DNA of 64,000 bases, taken from an uncultured Chryseobacterium sp. (GTDB lineage Bacteria > Bacteroidota > Bacteroidia > Flavobacteriales > Weeksellaceae). The notes under the pieces were generated by a model. It did no database searches. It had not been told where the DNA came from and saw only the letters and a list, made by a program, of their open reading frames with translations. The position numbers were made by a program, and so were the translations under genes. Shown piece after piece: positions 10,274 to 19,544 of this stretch (positions are counted from its first letter, which is position 1; each line of letters starts with the position of its first letter). The stretch lies in contig CAZPQV010000003.1 in assembly GCA_964588705.1 (NCBI GenBank), forward strand, positions 12,926-76,925, read 5' to 3'.

Positions 10274-11398
10274 TTATAAAATAAATAAATCCGAAGCGAT
10301 TCCATCAGCCAGAAACCAGTGTTTTTCAGGAATTTTCAGGTAATTATTTTCAATAATCAGAAATCCTTCCGACAGTTTTGATGCTGTTTCTTTATTATAA
10401 TGCTCCAATATTTCTTCTGAAAAATTTTCTTTCAGTTTATTTAAATCAACACCCCAAATGGTGCGCAGACCAATCATCAGCATTTCGTTGAAACGGTCTT
10501 TTTCACTTAGAATTTCGGTCTCTTTTGGAAGTTTATTTTCGGCAAGATTCTTAATGTATATGGTGTTATTGGCGATATTCCAACTTCGTTCATTTAGTCC
10601 GTTGTAGGAGTGTGCCGAAGGTCCAATTCCCAGATATTCCTGATATTTCCAATACGCGGAATTGTGCTTGGACTCAAAACCCGGTTTTGCAAAATTTGAG
10701 ATTTCATAATGCAGAAAACCGTGATATTTCAGAAAATCAGACATATAATAAAACTCCTTATTCTGCTCTGCCTCTTTCGGTGGCTGAATTTTATTTTTTT
10801 TAATCCAGTCGCTTAAAGCTGTTTTTGGCTCAACGGTTAACGCATAGGACGATACGTGTGGAACTTCAAGCTCAACAGTTTTATTTAAATTCTCTTTCCA
10901 AATATTGACATCTGAAGTTGGTGAACCATAAATTAGATCGATACTGATATTTTCAAACCCAAAATCCTGCGAACGTTTAATGGAACTTTCTGCTTCCGAG
11001 GCGTTGTGAGCGCGGTTCATCAGTTCTAAATCTTCATCAAAAAAACTCTGTGTTCCAATGGAAAGACGATTGATTTCTGTTTTAGATAACTCTTTCAGAA
11101 AGGCTCCGTTCAAATCATCGGGATTGGATTCTAAAGTGATTTCAATTTTTTCATCAAAATCAAAATATTTCAGGGTTTCATCAATCAGAGATTTTATTTC
11201 ATCAACAGTTAATACTGAGGGTGTTCCTCCTCCGAAATAAAGGGACTTAAGGGTTTTATTTTCCAGTTCGTTTTTACGCAGAAAAATCTCTTTTTTAATC
11301 GCCGAAACCATTTCATCTTTCAACTTAAAAGAAGTCGAAAAATGAAAATTACAGTAACTGCATTTCTGTTTGCAAAAAGGAATATGGATGTAAATCAT
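10274..11398 (-). CDS. hemW: radical SAM heme chaperone HemW (oxygen-independent coproporphyrinogen oxidase-like)
   Basis: Start set at the ATG giving MIYIHIPFCKQKCSYCNF (CxxxCxxC radical SAM cluster). The longer track ORF would run through a heptamer array and overlap the upstream gene. Confidence 0.88.
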   Translation of the reverse strand: MIYIHIPFCKQKCSYCNFHFSTSFKLKDEMVSAIKKEIFLRKNELENKTLKSLYFGGGTPSVLTVDEIKSLIDETLKYFDFDEKIEITLESNPDDLNGAFLKELSKTEINRLSIGTQSFFDEDLELMNRAHNASEAESSIKRSQDFGFENISIDLIYGSPTSDVNIWKENLNKTVELEVPHVSSYALTVEPKTALSDWIKKNKIQPPKEAEQNKEFYYMSDFLKYHGFLHYEISNFAKPGFESKHNSAYWKYQEYLGIGPSAHSYNGLNERSWNIANNTIYIKNLAENKLPKETEILSEKDRFNEMLMIGLRTIWGVDLNKLKENFSEEILEHYNKETASKLSEGFLIIENNYLKIPEKHWFLADGIASDLFIL

Positions 11399-11400
11399 TC

Positions 11401-11449
11401 GAGATTCGAGATTCGAGATTCGAGATTCAGGATACGAGTTTCGAGTTTT
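11401..11449. repeat. phased heptamer array, GAGATTC class
   Basis: GAGATTC x4, AGGATAC, GAGTTTC, GAGTTTT. Fills the gap between the PorP/SprF stop and the hemW start. Confidence 0.9.
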
Positions 11450-11456
11450 AAATTTA

Positions 11457-12401
11457 TCAGTATCTGAAACCTCGTGAGTTGATGAAGTTTTCGAAATTAT
11501 AACCAATGCTGAGCATGAAACTGTTTCCGCCGTACGATTGAATATCGGATAAGCCGAGATTATAAGCCGCACCAAAAGTAAAACGGTCGAGTTTTCCTTT
11601 AATAATCGGGGAAAGACTCAATTGCTGGCTGCCGACATTATCTTTTGCTGTTCGGAAGCTGACACCTGCCGCAAAAAGATTGGTATCACTGAAAACTTTT
11701 GCTAAAAGGTTGAAATCCATCATTCTGGCGGAATTGGTATTGAGATTTACCAATACTGAAGGTTCAACAGAAATACCGTCAGAAACCACCCAATCGTATC
11801 CGGCATTAATAATAAATTTTGTTGGAGAAGGTTCGATTCCGTTCACAATCGGTCTGTCGTTTGAAAGCGGAATATCCGAAACCGAAACGCTTCCGAAGAA
11901 ATTCTGATAAGTGGCCTGTGCTCCTAAATTGGCATAAACCATAAAAATATCATCGGTGTTTTCTCCCAAAACGGGATCCGGTTGTGTATAATTCAGCATC
12001 GTATAATCGATGTTCATATTATAGAAATTCGCCGAAGTACCGAATGAAAACTGATCTTTTCTGTCGCCATCGTCACTCAACGGAATAAAATAGGATGCAC
12101 CGGCAGAAATTCCGTTTGCAGAAATCGGTCCGTTTTGATCCCGGAAAAATGAAACGCCCGCCGCAAGCCTGTCCACAACATTGGCGTGCAAACCAATCGT
12201 CTGAACATTCGGTGATTCATCAAACTTCGAAAACTGTTTCTGGTAAGTTCCGTGAAGAACAATATCATCCGTCTCGCCATAAAAAGCCGGATTTATTAGA
12301 AACTTTCCATCCAAAAGATATTGCTGATATACAGGAAGTGTCTCCTGAGCCATGGCCTGGAAACCTAAGAATGATAATATTAAAAGTGTAAATTTCTTCA
12401 C
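11457..12401 (-). CDS. type IX secretion system membrane protein, PorP/SprF family
   Basis: 314 aa. Signal peptide MKKFTLLILSFLGFQAMAQ, then YQQYLLDGKFLINPAFYG, which is typical of PorP/SprF beta-barrels. Confidence 0.8.
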   Translation of the reverse strand: MKKFTLLILSFLGFQAMAQETLPVYQQYLLDGKFLINPAFYGETDDIVLHGTYQKQFSKFDESPNVQTIGLHANVVDRLAAGVSFFRDQNGPISANGISAGASYFIPLSDDGDRKDQFSFGTSANFYNMNIDYTMLNYTQPDPVLGENTDDIFMVYANLGAQATYQNFFGSVSVSDIPLSNDRPIVNGIEPSPTKFIINAGYDWVVSDGISVEPSVLVNLNTNSARMMDFNLLAKVFSDTNLFAAGVSFRTAKDNVGSQQLSLSPIIKGKLDRFTFGAAYNLGLSDIQSYGGNSFMLSIGYNFENFINSRGFRY

Positions 12402-12433
12402 GTTAATCTAAACAAATATATAAAATTATCGGT

Positions 12434-13498
12434 TTAATTATTACTTAAATAATTTCTCCACTTATCAACCGCCTGCTGCATATCTTCGGGCATCGGCCTT
12501 TCGAAATACATTTCTTTTTTTGTCACCGGATGCATAAATCCAAGCGTGTGCGCATGTAATGCATGTCTTGGCAGAATTTCAAAAACATTTTGGATAAACT
12601 GCTTGTATTTTGGAAGATTTTGTCCACGTAAAGGAATATGCCCTTCATATCTTTCATCATTAAACAAAGTGTGCCCAATATGTCTGAAATGTGCTCTGAT
12701 CTGATGGGTTCTGCCCGTTTCAAGTTTACATTCAACCCAAGTCATATAGCGGAAACGTTCCAAAACTTTGTAATGGGTTACCGCATGTTTTCCCAGGCTA
12801 CCGTCTTCGTAAACTGCCATCTGCATTCTGTTCTTCTGATGTCTTCCGATGTGACCGCGAATAGTTCCTTCATCCTCTTCCATATTGCCCCAAACAAATG
12901 CCCAATACAATCGCTTTGTCCTACGGTCAAAAAACTGTTTTGCAAGATGACTTAAAGCGTACTCATTCTTGGCAATAACGACTAATCCTGAGGTATCTTT
13001 ATCAATCCTGTGAACGAGCCCTACTCTGTCAAGGTCAGTTTTCAAACCATTTTTTTCGAAATGAAAAGCCAGTGCATTTACTAATGTTCCGTCCCAATTT
13101 CCGTGTCCGGGATGCACAACCATTCCTGCAGCTTTATCTACCACCAAAACATCTTCATCTTCATAAACGATATTTATCGGAATATCTTGTGGAATGATGA
13201 CATTTTCTCTTGGAGGCCGTGTTAATAGAACCGAAATTTTATCATTCGGTTTTACTTTGTAATTCTGTTTTACGACTACACCATTTACGACAACGTTTCC
13301 GGCTCTGCAGGTTTGTGAGATTTTATTTCTTGAAGAATTCTGTCTGAAAATCTGAAGATATTTATCAATACGAAGCGGTTCCTGCCCTTTGTCCACCGTT
13401 ATACTGAGGTGTTCATAGAGGCCGGAATTTTCATCTTCACCGGAGTTTTCCTGCTCCAGTAATTCATCATCTAAAAATTCTTCGTTGTAATCTTCCAT
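12434..13498 (-). CDS. rluD: RluA/RluD-family 23S rRNA pseudouridine synthase
   Basis: S4-like domain (RIDKYL), catalytic HRIDKDTSGLVV and C-terminal GRTHQIRAH. ATG at 13498 preferred to the TTG at 13525. Confidence 0.88.
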   Translation of the reverse strand: MEDYNEEFLDDELLEQENSGEDENSGLYEHLSITVDKGQEPLRIDKYLQIFRQNSSRNKISQTCRAGNVVVNGVVVKQNYKVKPNDKISVLLTRPPRENVIIPQDIPINIVYEDEDVLVVDKAAGMVVHPGHGNWDGTLVNALAFHFEKNGLKTDLDRVGLVHRIDKDTSGLVVIAKNEYALSHLAKQFFDRRTKRLYWAFVWGNMEEDEGTIRGHIGRHQKNRMQMAVYEDGSLGKHAVTHYKVLERFRYMTWVECKLETGRTHQIRAHFRHIGHTLFNDERYEGHIPLRGQNLPKYKQFIQNVFEILPRHALHAHTLGFMHPVTKKEMYFERPMPEDMQQAVDKWRNYLSNN

Positions 13499-13514
13499 CT
13501 TAAATTTAAAAAAA

Positions 13515-13537
13515 GCTTCAACCAAATTCGTTGAAGC
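13515..13537 (-). terminator. hairpin plus T-run downstream of the PASTA gene, just upstream of the rluD start
   Basis: 8-bp stem GCTTCAAC/GTTGAAGC. On the minus strand it is followed by TTTTTT. Confidence 0.5.
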
Positions 13538-13545
13538 CTTTTATA

Positions 13546-14574
13546 TTATTCTACAATTACTTTTCTTGCTTTTGGCGGTTCTTCCGTTTTAGGTTTTTCC
13601 GTTGGTGCCGGTGTTGGCGTGGTTGTTTTCGGAGTTGTAGAAGTTGTTGCCTTTGGCTGTTCTGCAGGCTTTGGCGCTTCCTGTCTTGGCTGTGTTCTTA
13701 CCGGTTCCGGAATCGGTTCCGGTTCACGATAAACAGGTACATCTTCATACCTGATTCTTGGAATAGTGGTATCGATTTTCACTCGGTACAGCGAGTTCAG
13801 CTCACGTATTTTTGCCGTCATTTGAGCAGGAATTTTCTTACTTGCCCAGAGGTCAATCTGCATTCCCTGATCCCGGATTGCACCACCTTCAGGATTCTGA
13901 TAATATACAATATCGGAATCGTCCTGCTTACCGTCTTCGTGATCAACAAGTCCTACTTCAAAAAGGTTATTTGTAATAATTGCTTTTGCCTCCTGAACAG
14001 TCAGTCCAACAAGATTAGGAACGGTAACATTTCTTTTTGGACCTGAACCAATGACCAGATCAATGGTTGAAAATCTTGGCAAAAGAGCTCCCGGTTTCAG
14101 AATTGTTCCTCCAAGCTGCATTCTAATTACCGCATCTCGCTGAATACTTGGCTCATAAATAGTATCGCCTACTTTCAAGCCAACCTGTTCCAACTGACGG
14201 AATGCCAAACCTTTATACCTGTCTAAAATATCAGGCACCTGTACTGGTGCATACGTCCTTGGATTTACTTTCATTAATACAGTTCTACCTCCTTTTACAC
14301 GTGACCCCGGAGAAGGAAATATCTGTAAAACCTGAAACGGTTTATATTTTGGATTAAAATTAAAACTGTCTACTTCATATTCCAAACCGGCGTCATCTAA
14401 AGCTTTTATAGCGTTGTGCACCGTCATATTTACAACGTTCGGCACAGGGATTTCCTTCCCATGATTGGTATGAAGTTCCAACCAACGGAATGTAAGCCAA
14501 ACCAAGCCCGTAAAAACAACTGCTGCAAGTATTAAGTTCAATAAAACCTTCCAGTGGAAAAGCGATTTAAGCAT
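13546..14574 (-). CDS. PASTA domain-containing membrane protein
   Basis: N-terminal TM segment, three PASTA-like repeats each starting VPNVVNMT / VPDILDRY / VPNLVGLT, and a Pro/Thr/Lys-rich low-complexity C-terminal tail. Confidence 0.8.
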   Translation of the reverse strand: MLKSLFHWKVLLNLILAAVVFTGLVWLTFRWLELHTNHGKEIPVPNVVNMTVHNAIKALDDAGLEYEVDSFNFNPKYKPFQVLQIFPSPGSRVKGGRTVLMKVNPRTYAPVQVPDILDRYKGLAFRQLEQVGLKVGDTIYEPSIQRDAVIRMQLGGTILKPGALLPRFSTIDLVIGSGPKRNVTVPNLVGLTVQEAKAIITNNLFEVGLVDHEDGKQDDSDIVYYQNPEGGAIRDQGMQIDLWASKKIPAQMTAKIRELNSLYRVKIDTTIPRIRYEDVPVYREPEPIPEPVRTQPRQEAPKPAEQPKATTSTTPKTTTPTPAPTEKPKTEEPPKARKVIVE

Positions 14575-14601
14575 AGGTTTTCTTCTGTATTAAAATAATG
14601 G

Positions 14602-14609
14602 CAAATATA
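14602..14609 (-). promoter_or_regulatory. -7 box TATATTTG
   Basis: 27 nt upstream of the PASTA gene ATG. Confidence 0.45.
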
Positions 14610-14712
14610 ATTAATAATTTTAGAAATCGGTTTTTTGGGTTTCTAATTGTTTCCTAAACGAAGGTTTTGCACAGAAATTATTGTTTCAGCCAAATACATT
14701 CAACAAAATCAT

Positions 14713-14720
14713 TAAATTTG
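14713..14720 (+). promoter_or_regulatory. -7 box TAAATTTG
   Basis: 21 nt upstream of the ddl ATG at 14742, supporting that start. Confidence 0.5.
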
Positions 14721-14741
14721 CCTTATCCGACAGATAAAATT

Positions 14742-15725
14742 ATGAACAAAAAAAACGTAGCCGTAGTGATGGGCGGCTATTCCGACGAGTATGTCGTTTC
14801 TCTTAAAAGCGGTCAGCTGATCTATGATTCTCTGGATCGTGAAAAATACAACGTATATAAAGTTATCATTTTGAAAGACGAATGGTCGTTTTTGGATGAC
14901 CACGGACAAAAAATCCCTATAGATAAAGCAGATTTTTCTGCAGAAATGGAAAGCGGCTACAAAGTAAAATTCGATGTCTGCTTCAATATCATCCATGGGA
15001 GACCTGGTGAAAACGGTGAACTTCAGGCATATTGGGACACCATCGGACAAAAATATACCGGATGTAATTTCTATCAAAGTGCTCTTACTTTCAATAAAAA
15101 AGATACGCTTGCAGTGCTTTCAAAATATGGAATTCCTTCTGCGAAAAGTATTTATTTAAGAAAAGGGGAAGCTATAGATGTTGAAAAAATTGTTGATGAA
15201 TTAGGTTTACCATGTTTTGTAAAACCAAACCAAAGCGGTTCTTCTCTTGGAATTTCGAAAGTCAAAGACAGAGCAGATTTCGATAAAGCTTTTGAACTGG
15301 CTTTTGCTGAGGATAATGAAATCCTGATTGAAAGTTTCCTCGATGGAATGGAAGTTTCCGTAGGTGTTGTAGATTTTGAAGGCGAAACCATCGTGCTTGG
15401 AATTACTGAAATCGTTCCAACCAAAGAATTCTTCGACTATGAAGCCAAATACGAAGGTGCTTCCGAAGAAATTACACCCGCAAGAATTGATGAAGAAACC
15501 AAAAAACGTGTTGAAGAAATTGCTAAAAAGGCCTATAATTCGTTAGGAATGAGCGGTTTTTCGAGAAGCGAATATATCATTATGAACGGTATTCCTTATA
15601 TGCTTGAAATGAATACCAATCCTGGATTTTCGCCGGCATCAATACTGCCTCAACAGGCCAAAAATTACGGAATTTCAATAAAAGACCTTTGTGGAAATGA
15701 GGTTGAAAAAGCATTGAAAAAATAA
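14742..15725 (+). CDS. ddl: D-alanine--D-alanine ligase
   Basis: ATG at 14742 gives MNKKNVAVVMGGYSDEY. ATP-grasp blocks FVKPNQSGSSLGISKV and LEMNTNPGFS. A -7 box lies 21 nt upstream. Confidence 0.93.
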   Translation: MNKKNVAVVMGGYSDEYVVSLKSGQLIYDSLDREKYNVYKVIILKDEWSFLDDHGQKIPIDKADFSAEMESGYKVKFDVCFNIIHGRPGENGELQAYWDTIGQKYTGCNFYQSALTFNKKDTLAVLSKYGIPSAKSIYLRKGEAIDVEKIVDELGLPCFVKPNQSGSSLGISKVKDRADFDKAFELAFAEDNEILIESFLDGMEVSVGVVDFEGETIVLGITEIVPTKEFFDYEAKYEGASEEITPARIDEETKKRVEEIAKKAYNSLGMSGFSRSEYIIMNGIPYMLEMNTNPGFSPASILPQQAKNYGISIKDLCGNEVEKALKK

Positions 15726-15742
15726 TATCAGAAGACAAAATT

Positions 15743-16204
15743 ATGAAAATTGCTGTTTTTCCGGGCTCTTTCGATCCCATTACTTTAGGACATTACGATA
15801 TTGTGGAACGTGCTGCTCCGCTTTTCGATAAAATCATCATTGCAATCGGGCAGAACTCACAGAAAAAATATATGTTTTCGCTGGATCAAAGAAAAGAATT
15901 TATTGAAAAAACTTTTGAAAACTTCCCCAATGTGGAAGTCGATCACTTCGAAGGACTTACAATTGACTATTGTCTTGCTAAAAATGTAAAATTCATTCTC
16001 CGCGGCCTTAGAAATCCTGCCGACTTCGAATTTGAAAAAGCCATTGCACAAACCAATCGTGAGCTTACAAAAGAAAACCAGTTAGAAACCATCTTCCTAC
16101 TTACTTCTGCCGGTAAATCGTTCATCAGCAGCAGTATTGTTCGTGAGATTATCAGCTTTAAAGGAAATTATGAACTTTTAGTCCCTGATTCTGTGCGAGT
16201 GTAA
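15743..16204 (+). CDS. coaD: pantetheine-phosphate adenylyltransferase
   Basis: MKIAVFPGSFDPITLGHYDIVERA (T/HxGH motif) and ISSSIVRE. Confidence 0.95.
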   Translation: MKIAVFPGSFDPITLGHYDIVERAAPLFDKIIIAIGQNSQKKYMFSLDQRKEFIEKTFENFPNVEVDHFEGLTIDYCLAKNVKFILRGLRNPADFEFEKAIAQTNRELTKENQLETIFLLTSAGKSFISSSIVREIISFKGNYELLVPDSVRV

Positions 16205-16206
16205 AA

Positions 16207-16241
16207 TCATTTATCGCTCATCACTTATCGCTTATAAAAAT
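16207..16241. repeat. phased heptamer array, ATCNNNN class
   Basis: ATCATTT ATCGCTC ATCACTT ATCGCTT ATAAAAA, between coaD and the next gene. Confidence 0.7.
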
Positions 16242-16889
16242 ATGGAAGTCGTCGAAATACAACAGAATTTCAACCTTGTAATAGAAGTGCTCGGAACCGT
16301 TGCCTTTGCAATGTCGGGTGCTTTTGCGGCGATGCACAAACGCTTCGATCCTTTTGGAGTGCTGATTATTGCCTTTGTAACTTCTGTTGGCGGAGGAACG
16401 GTGCGTGATGTTCTGCTGGATGTTCCCGTTTTCTGGATGAGAGACATGCTGATGGTAGCAGCCATTTTCATGGGAACGGTTCTCGCATTTATTGTAAAAT
16501 ATTTTGAGAAAAACTTTAGAGTTACACTTTTTATTTTCGACAGTCTTGGTTTGGGATTATTTACGATTATCGGTGTTCAGAAAGGTTTGAATGCCAATCT
16601 CCATCCGGTAATCTGTCTGACTTTAGGAACCATTACCGGTTGCTTCGGAGGGATTATCAGAGATATTTTCCTGAACCGTATTCCACTGATTTTCAGAAAA
16701 GAAATTTATGCAACCGCATGCATTATCGGTGGAACATTGTATTTGCTTCTTTCAAAACTTACTGAATCCTCATATGCTTTCGTTCAGATTTCTACCATTG
16801 CACTGATTGTAATCATCAGAACGCTGGCTGTAAAATACCATTGGCAAATGCCAAAATTCTACGGTGCAGACAATAATGCCGAAATGTAA
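16242..16889 (+). CDS. trimeric intracellular cation channel family protein (UPF0126/YicG-like)
   Basis: 215 aa, polytopic. Duplicated glycine motifs GGGTVRDVLL and GGIIRDIFL. Confidence 0.85.
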   Translation: MEVVEIQQNFNLVIEVLGTVAFAMSGAFAAMHKRFDPFGVLIIAFVTSVGGGTVRDVLLDVPVFWMRDMLMVAAIFMGTVLAFIVKYFEKNFRVTLFIFDSLGLGLFTIIGVQKGLNANLHPVICLTLGTITGCFGGIIRDIFLNRIPLIFRKEIYATACIIGGTLYLLLSKLTESSYAFVQISTIALIVIIRTLAVKYHWQMPKFYGADNNAEM

Positions 16890-17248
16890 TGACAGATTCT
16901 ATTTTTGAAAATACACTTTTCGGAATCCTGTTTTCTACAGGAGCTGTCATCCTTTTTATCGGTTTTATTTTCAAATATTTCCCACCAAAGAAGATTAATG
17001 TATTTTACGGCCACCGAACGCCAAGAGCCATGCGAAATCAGGAAAACTGGGATTTTGCTCAAAAACATTCGGCGATGCAGTTCATTTATGCCGGAATCAC
17101 CATGCTGATTTTCTCTGCGATTGCATTCGTCCTAAACTTCAATCCGGAGCTTAAATGGTTCGGACTTATTGTTGTGCTGTCAACCCTCCTGTTTTTTGTG
17201 TTGAGAACAGAACGTGCCTTAAAAGAATTTGAAAACAAAAAATCCTGA
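16889..17248 (+). CDS. SdpI/YhfL family membrane protein
   Basis: 119 aa with start/stop overlap. YGHRTPRAMRNQENWDFAQK motif between TM segments. Confidence 0.7.
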   Translation: MTDSIFENTLFGILFSTGAVILFIGFIFKYFPPKKINVFYGHRTPRAMRNQENWDFAQKHSAMQFIYAGITMLIFSAIAFVLNFNPELKWFGLIVVLSTLLFFVLRTERALKEFENKKS

Positions 17249-17264
17249 AGATAATTTCAGGATT
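17241..17264. terminator. bidirectional hairpin between convergent genes
   Basis: 9-bp stem AATCCTGAA/TTCAGGATT. Includes the stop codon of the SdpI-like gene. Confidence 0.6.
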
Positions 17265-17278
17265 TCATTTTGATATTT

Positions 17279-17848
17279 TTAGAAAAATTTTCCGCGGTGT
17301 CTCATGTGAGGATTGTGCATATGCTTCTGCATTGATGGCATTTTCAGCTGATCCTTCATCATTTTTATTTGGTCCGTAAGCATTCCTGCTGAATCCAGTC
17401 TTTTGGCTTCTTCAAGAAGTTTTTGTCCTTCCTGTTTTCTTCCTCTCGAAAGTGCTGTTGCCGCAAGATTTAGGTTTGCCATGGCACGGTCCTGCTTCAT
17501 GTTCAGCCCGTATTCAAGAGCTTTTTTCATATAAGATTCTACTTTTTGCGGCGAATCCTGTGCTAATGTTAAACCAATCAGATAGTGGTAATATCCATAC
17601 TGAGATTTATGCAGTTGCGATTTATAATCCGTGATTTTTGAAAGCCATTTTGATGCTTTATCCATTTTCTGATTTCTCAGTTGCCAAAACGCCAATAGGA
17701 TGAATTCATTTTTGAAAAATAGGAAAATCGGGAAAGCAGAAAGCAAGAATACCACGATTCCCCAGCCTGTTTCTCTGGTAAAAAACATCATATAAATTCC
17801 CAAACCGATTAAAACCGCTGCGAGAACTAATTTTATATATTTATTCAT
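17279..17848 (-). CDS. hypothetical membrane protein with TPR-like C-terminal region
   Basis: 189 aa. Two N-terminal TM segments, then a helical repeat-like soluble part and a His/Met-rich tail. No family recognised. Confidence 0.55.
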   Translation of the reverse strand: MNKYIKLVLAAVLIGLGIYMMFFTRETGWGIVVFLLSAFPIFLFFKNEFILLAFWQLRNQKMDKASKWLSKITDYKSQLHKSQYGYYHYLIGLTLAQDSPQKVESYMKKALEYGLNMKQDRAMANLNLAATALSRGRKQEGQKLLEEAKRLDSAGMLTDQIKMMKDQLKMPSMQKHMHNPHMRHRGKFF

Positions 17849-17866
17849 TATTAAATTTTAGAAATG

Positions 17867-17874
17867 CAAAGATA
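17867..17874 (-). promoter_or_regulatory. -7 box TATCTTTG within the 12-mer ATTATCTTTGCA
   Basis: 18 nt upstream of the ATG at 17848. Confidence 0.45.
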
Positions 17875-17885
17875 ATATTTTTTTG

Positions 17886-17913
17886 TAGGAAGAGGGAAGC
17901 AGGAAGCGCGAAG
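17886..17913. repeat. phased heptamer array, NNNGAAG class
   Basis: TAGGAAG AGGGAAG CAGGAAG CGCGAAG. Confidence 0.8.
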
Positions 17914-17926
17914 TTTTATGATGAAA

Positions 17927-18424
17927 CTATTCCGATTTCGTAATCTTTTCATAGGTCTGAAAGCAGAAATCATATTGATTTTTTTCGTCCTTCTCATGAC
18001 AGATTTCATCAGTTTTCCTCCAGATTTTTTCATCAATTTTCGGAAAGAATGTATCTGCATCGAGTTTAGCTTTCACTAAAGTAACTTCTAATTTATCGGT
18101 AATATCCATCGTCTGTTCGTAGATATTTCCACCTCCGATGATGAAAATATTTTCATCAATTTTTTTGGCAAATTTTACAGCTTCTTTTAAACTTCCAACG
18201 ATAAGGATACCTTCTTCGAACCAATCTTTCCGTCTGCTTACCACGATGTTAGTACGGTTTGGTAAAGGCCTTCCGATACTTTCGTAGGTTTTGCGTCCCA
18301 TGATAATCGGATGTCCCGAAGTCAGCTCTTTAAAATGTTTCAAATCTTTGGGAAGATGCCATAGCAACTGATTATCATTGCCAATTTCATTACCCAAACC
18401 CATCGCTACGACGATTGTAGTCAT
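17927..18424 (-). CDS. folA: dihydrofolate reductase
   Basis: LLWHLPKDLKHFKELTSGHPIIMGRKTYESIGRPLPNRTNIVVS and IIGGGNIY. Confidence 0.93.
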   Translation of the reverse strand: MTTIVVAMGLGNEIGNDNQLLWHLPKDLKHFKELTSGHPIIMGRKTYESIGRPLPNRTNIVVSRRKDWFEEGILIVGSLKEAVKFAKKIDENIFIIGGGNIYEQTMDITDKLEVTLVKAKLDADTFFPKIDEKIWRKTDEICHEKDEKNQYDFCFQTYEKITKSE

Positions 18425-18441
18425 TTAATATTTATTTCTTA

Positions 18442-18449
18442 CAAAAATA
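18442..18449 (-). promoter_or_regulatory. -7 box TATTTTTG
   Basis: 17 nt upstream of the folA ATG. Confidence 0.45.
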
Positions 18450-18461
18450 GCACATTATTTG

Positions 18462-18469
18462 TATATTTG
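18462..18469 (+). promoter_or_regulatory. -7 box TATATTTG
   Basis: 33 nt upstream of the lemA ATG. Confidence 0.45.
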
Positions 18470-18502
18470 GTTTGCATTAAACATTAAAACAAATTTTAAA
18501 CT

Positions 18503-19108
18503 ATGAAAAATAGAGGTTGTATGAGTGCCGGCACCATCGGCATTGCACTACTTGTTATTGGGGCAGTTTTATTCTTTTGGGGTAAAAACGCTTACAACAG
18601 TTTCGTTGTTGGGGAACAGAAAGTAAACTCAAAATGGAGTAACGTGGAAACCGTTTATCAGAAGCGTGCAAACCTGATTCCTAATCTTGAAAGAACCGTG
18701 AAGTCTTACTCACAGTTTGAACAGGAAACTTTAACTAAAGTTATTGAGGCCCGTTCCAAAGCAACTTCCATCACTATTGATCCTACGAATATGACGGAAG
18801 CAGATATGGCAAGATACCAAGCTGCACAGGGAGAACTTACAGGAGCATTAAGCAGATTAATGGCAGTAGTAGAACAGTATCCGAATCTGAAAGCAGACCA
18901 GCAGTATATGAACTTCCAGAGAGAATATATTGCGATTGAAAACAGCATCAGAGCGGAAACCGTAAACTACAACGGTTCTGTAGAAGAGTATAACAACCTT
19001 GTGAAAACCTTCCCAAACAATCTATTGGCAGGAGTTTTCAATAAATCTGAGAAACCTTACTTCAAAGCTGAAGCTGGTGCAGCACAGGCACCGGAAGTTT
19101 TTAAATAA
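18503..19108 (+). CDS. lemA: LemA family protein
   Basis: 201 aa. N-terminal TM segment, then NVETVYQKRANLIPNLERTVK ... VEQYPNLKADQQYMNFQREYIAIENSI. Confidence 0.88.
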   Translation: MKNRGCMSAGTIGIALLVIGAVLFFWGKNAYNSFVVGEQKVNSKWSNVETVYQKRANLIPNLERTVKSYSQFEQETLTKVIEARSKATSITIDPTNMTEADMARYQAAQGELTGALSRLMAVVEQYPNLKADQQYMNFQREYIAIENSIRAETVNYNGSVEEYNNLVKTFPNNLLAGVFNKSEKPYFKAEAGAAQAPEVFK

Positions 19109-19112
19109 CTGA

Positions 19113-19544
19113 ATGAGCAATTATCTCACAGATAAAGAAATGGCTTCCCTTGTGGAAGCCATTCAAACAGCAGAAGACCATTCTACCGGAGAAATAAGAA
19201 TCCATATCGATTCCAATACGGAGACCGATAATGCTGAAATGGCATTTGAAGTTTTCAAAACCCTCTGCAAGGACAAAACTGCTGAAAGAAATGCTGTGCT
19301 TTTTCATGTAAATTTCGAACAGAAATATCTTACCATTATTGGTGACGAAGGTATTCACGAAAAAGTGCATCAGGATTTTTGGGATAAAATGCATGACGAT
19401 ATTACTTCAGAATTTGCAAAAGGCAAATACTACGACGCACTGAAAAACGCCGTGCTCGATACCGGACAGGAACTGAAAAAATTCTTCCCGATTTCCGACG
19501 GCCATAATCCAAACGAGTTACCTAATGAGATTACATTCTCTTAA
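19113..19544 (+). CDS. TPM domain-containing protein (soluble)
   Basis: 143 aa. AIQTAEDHSTGEIRIHIDS ... NAVLFHVNFEQKYLTIIGDEGIH, a TPM/DUF477-type fold signature. Directly follows lemA. Confidence 0.8.
   Translation: MSNYLTDKEMASLVEAIQTAEDHSTGEIRIHIDSNTETDNAEMAFEVFKTLCKDKTAERNAVLFHVNFEQKYLTIIGDEGIHEKVHQDFWDKMHDDITSEFAKGKYYDALKNAVLDTGQELKKFFPISDGHNPNELPNEITFS

Noticed and set aside
10274-11575. Long form of hemW starting at 11575
   Set aside because: The N-terminal 59 codons cross the GAGATTC array and overlap the end of the PorP/SprF gene. The canonical HemW N-terminus begins at the ATG at 11398.
13531-14046. 171-aa plus-strand ORF rich in Cys/Arg/Trp/Phe
   Set aside because: It is antisense to the Pro/Thr-rich tail and C-terminal part of the PASTA gene, and its implausible composition is a mirror artefact.
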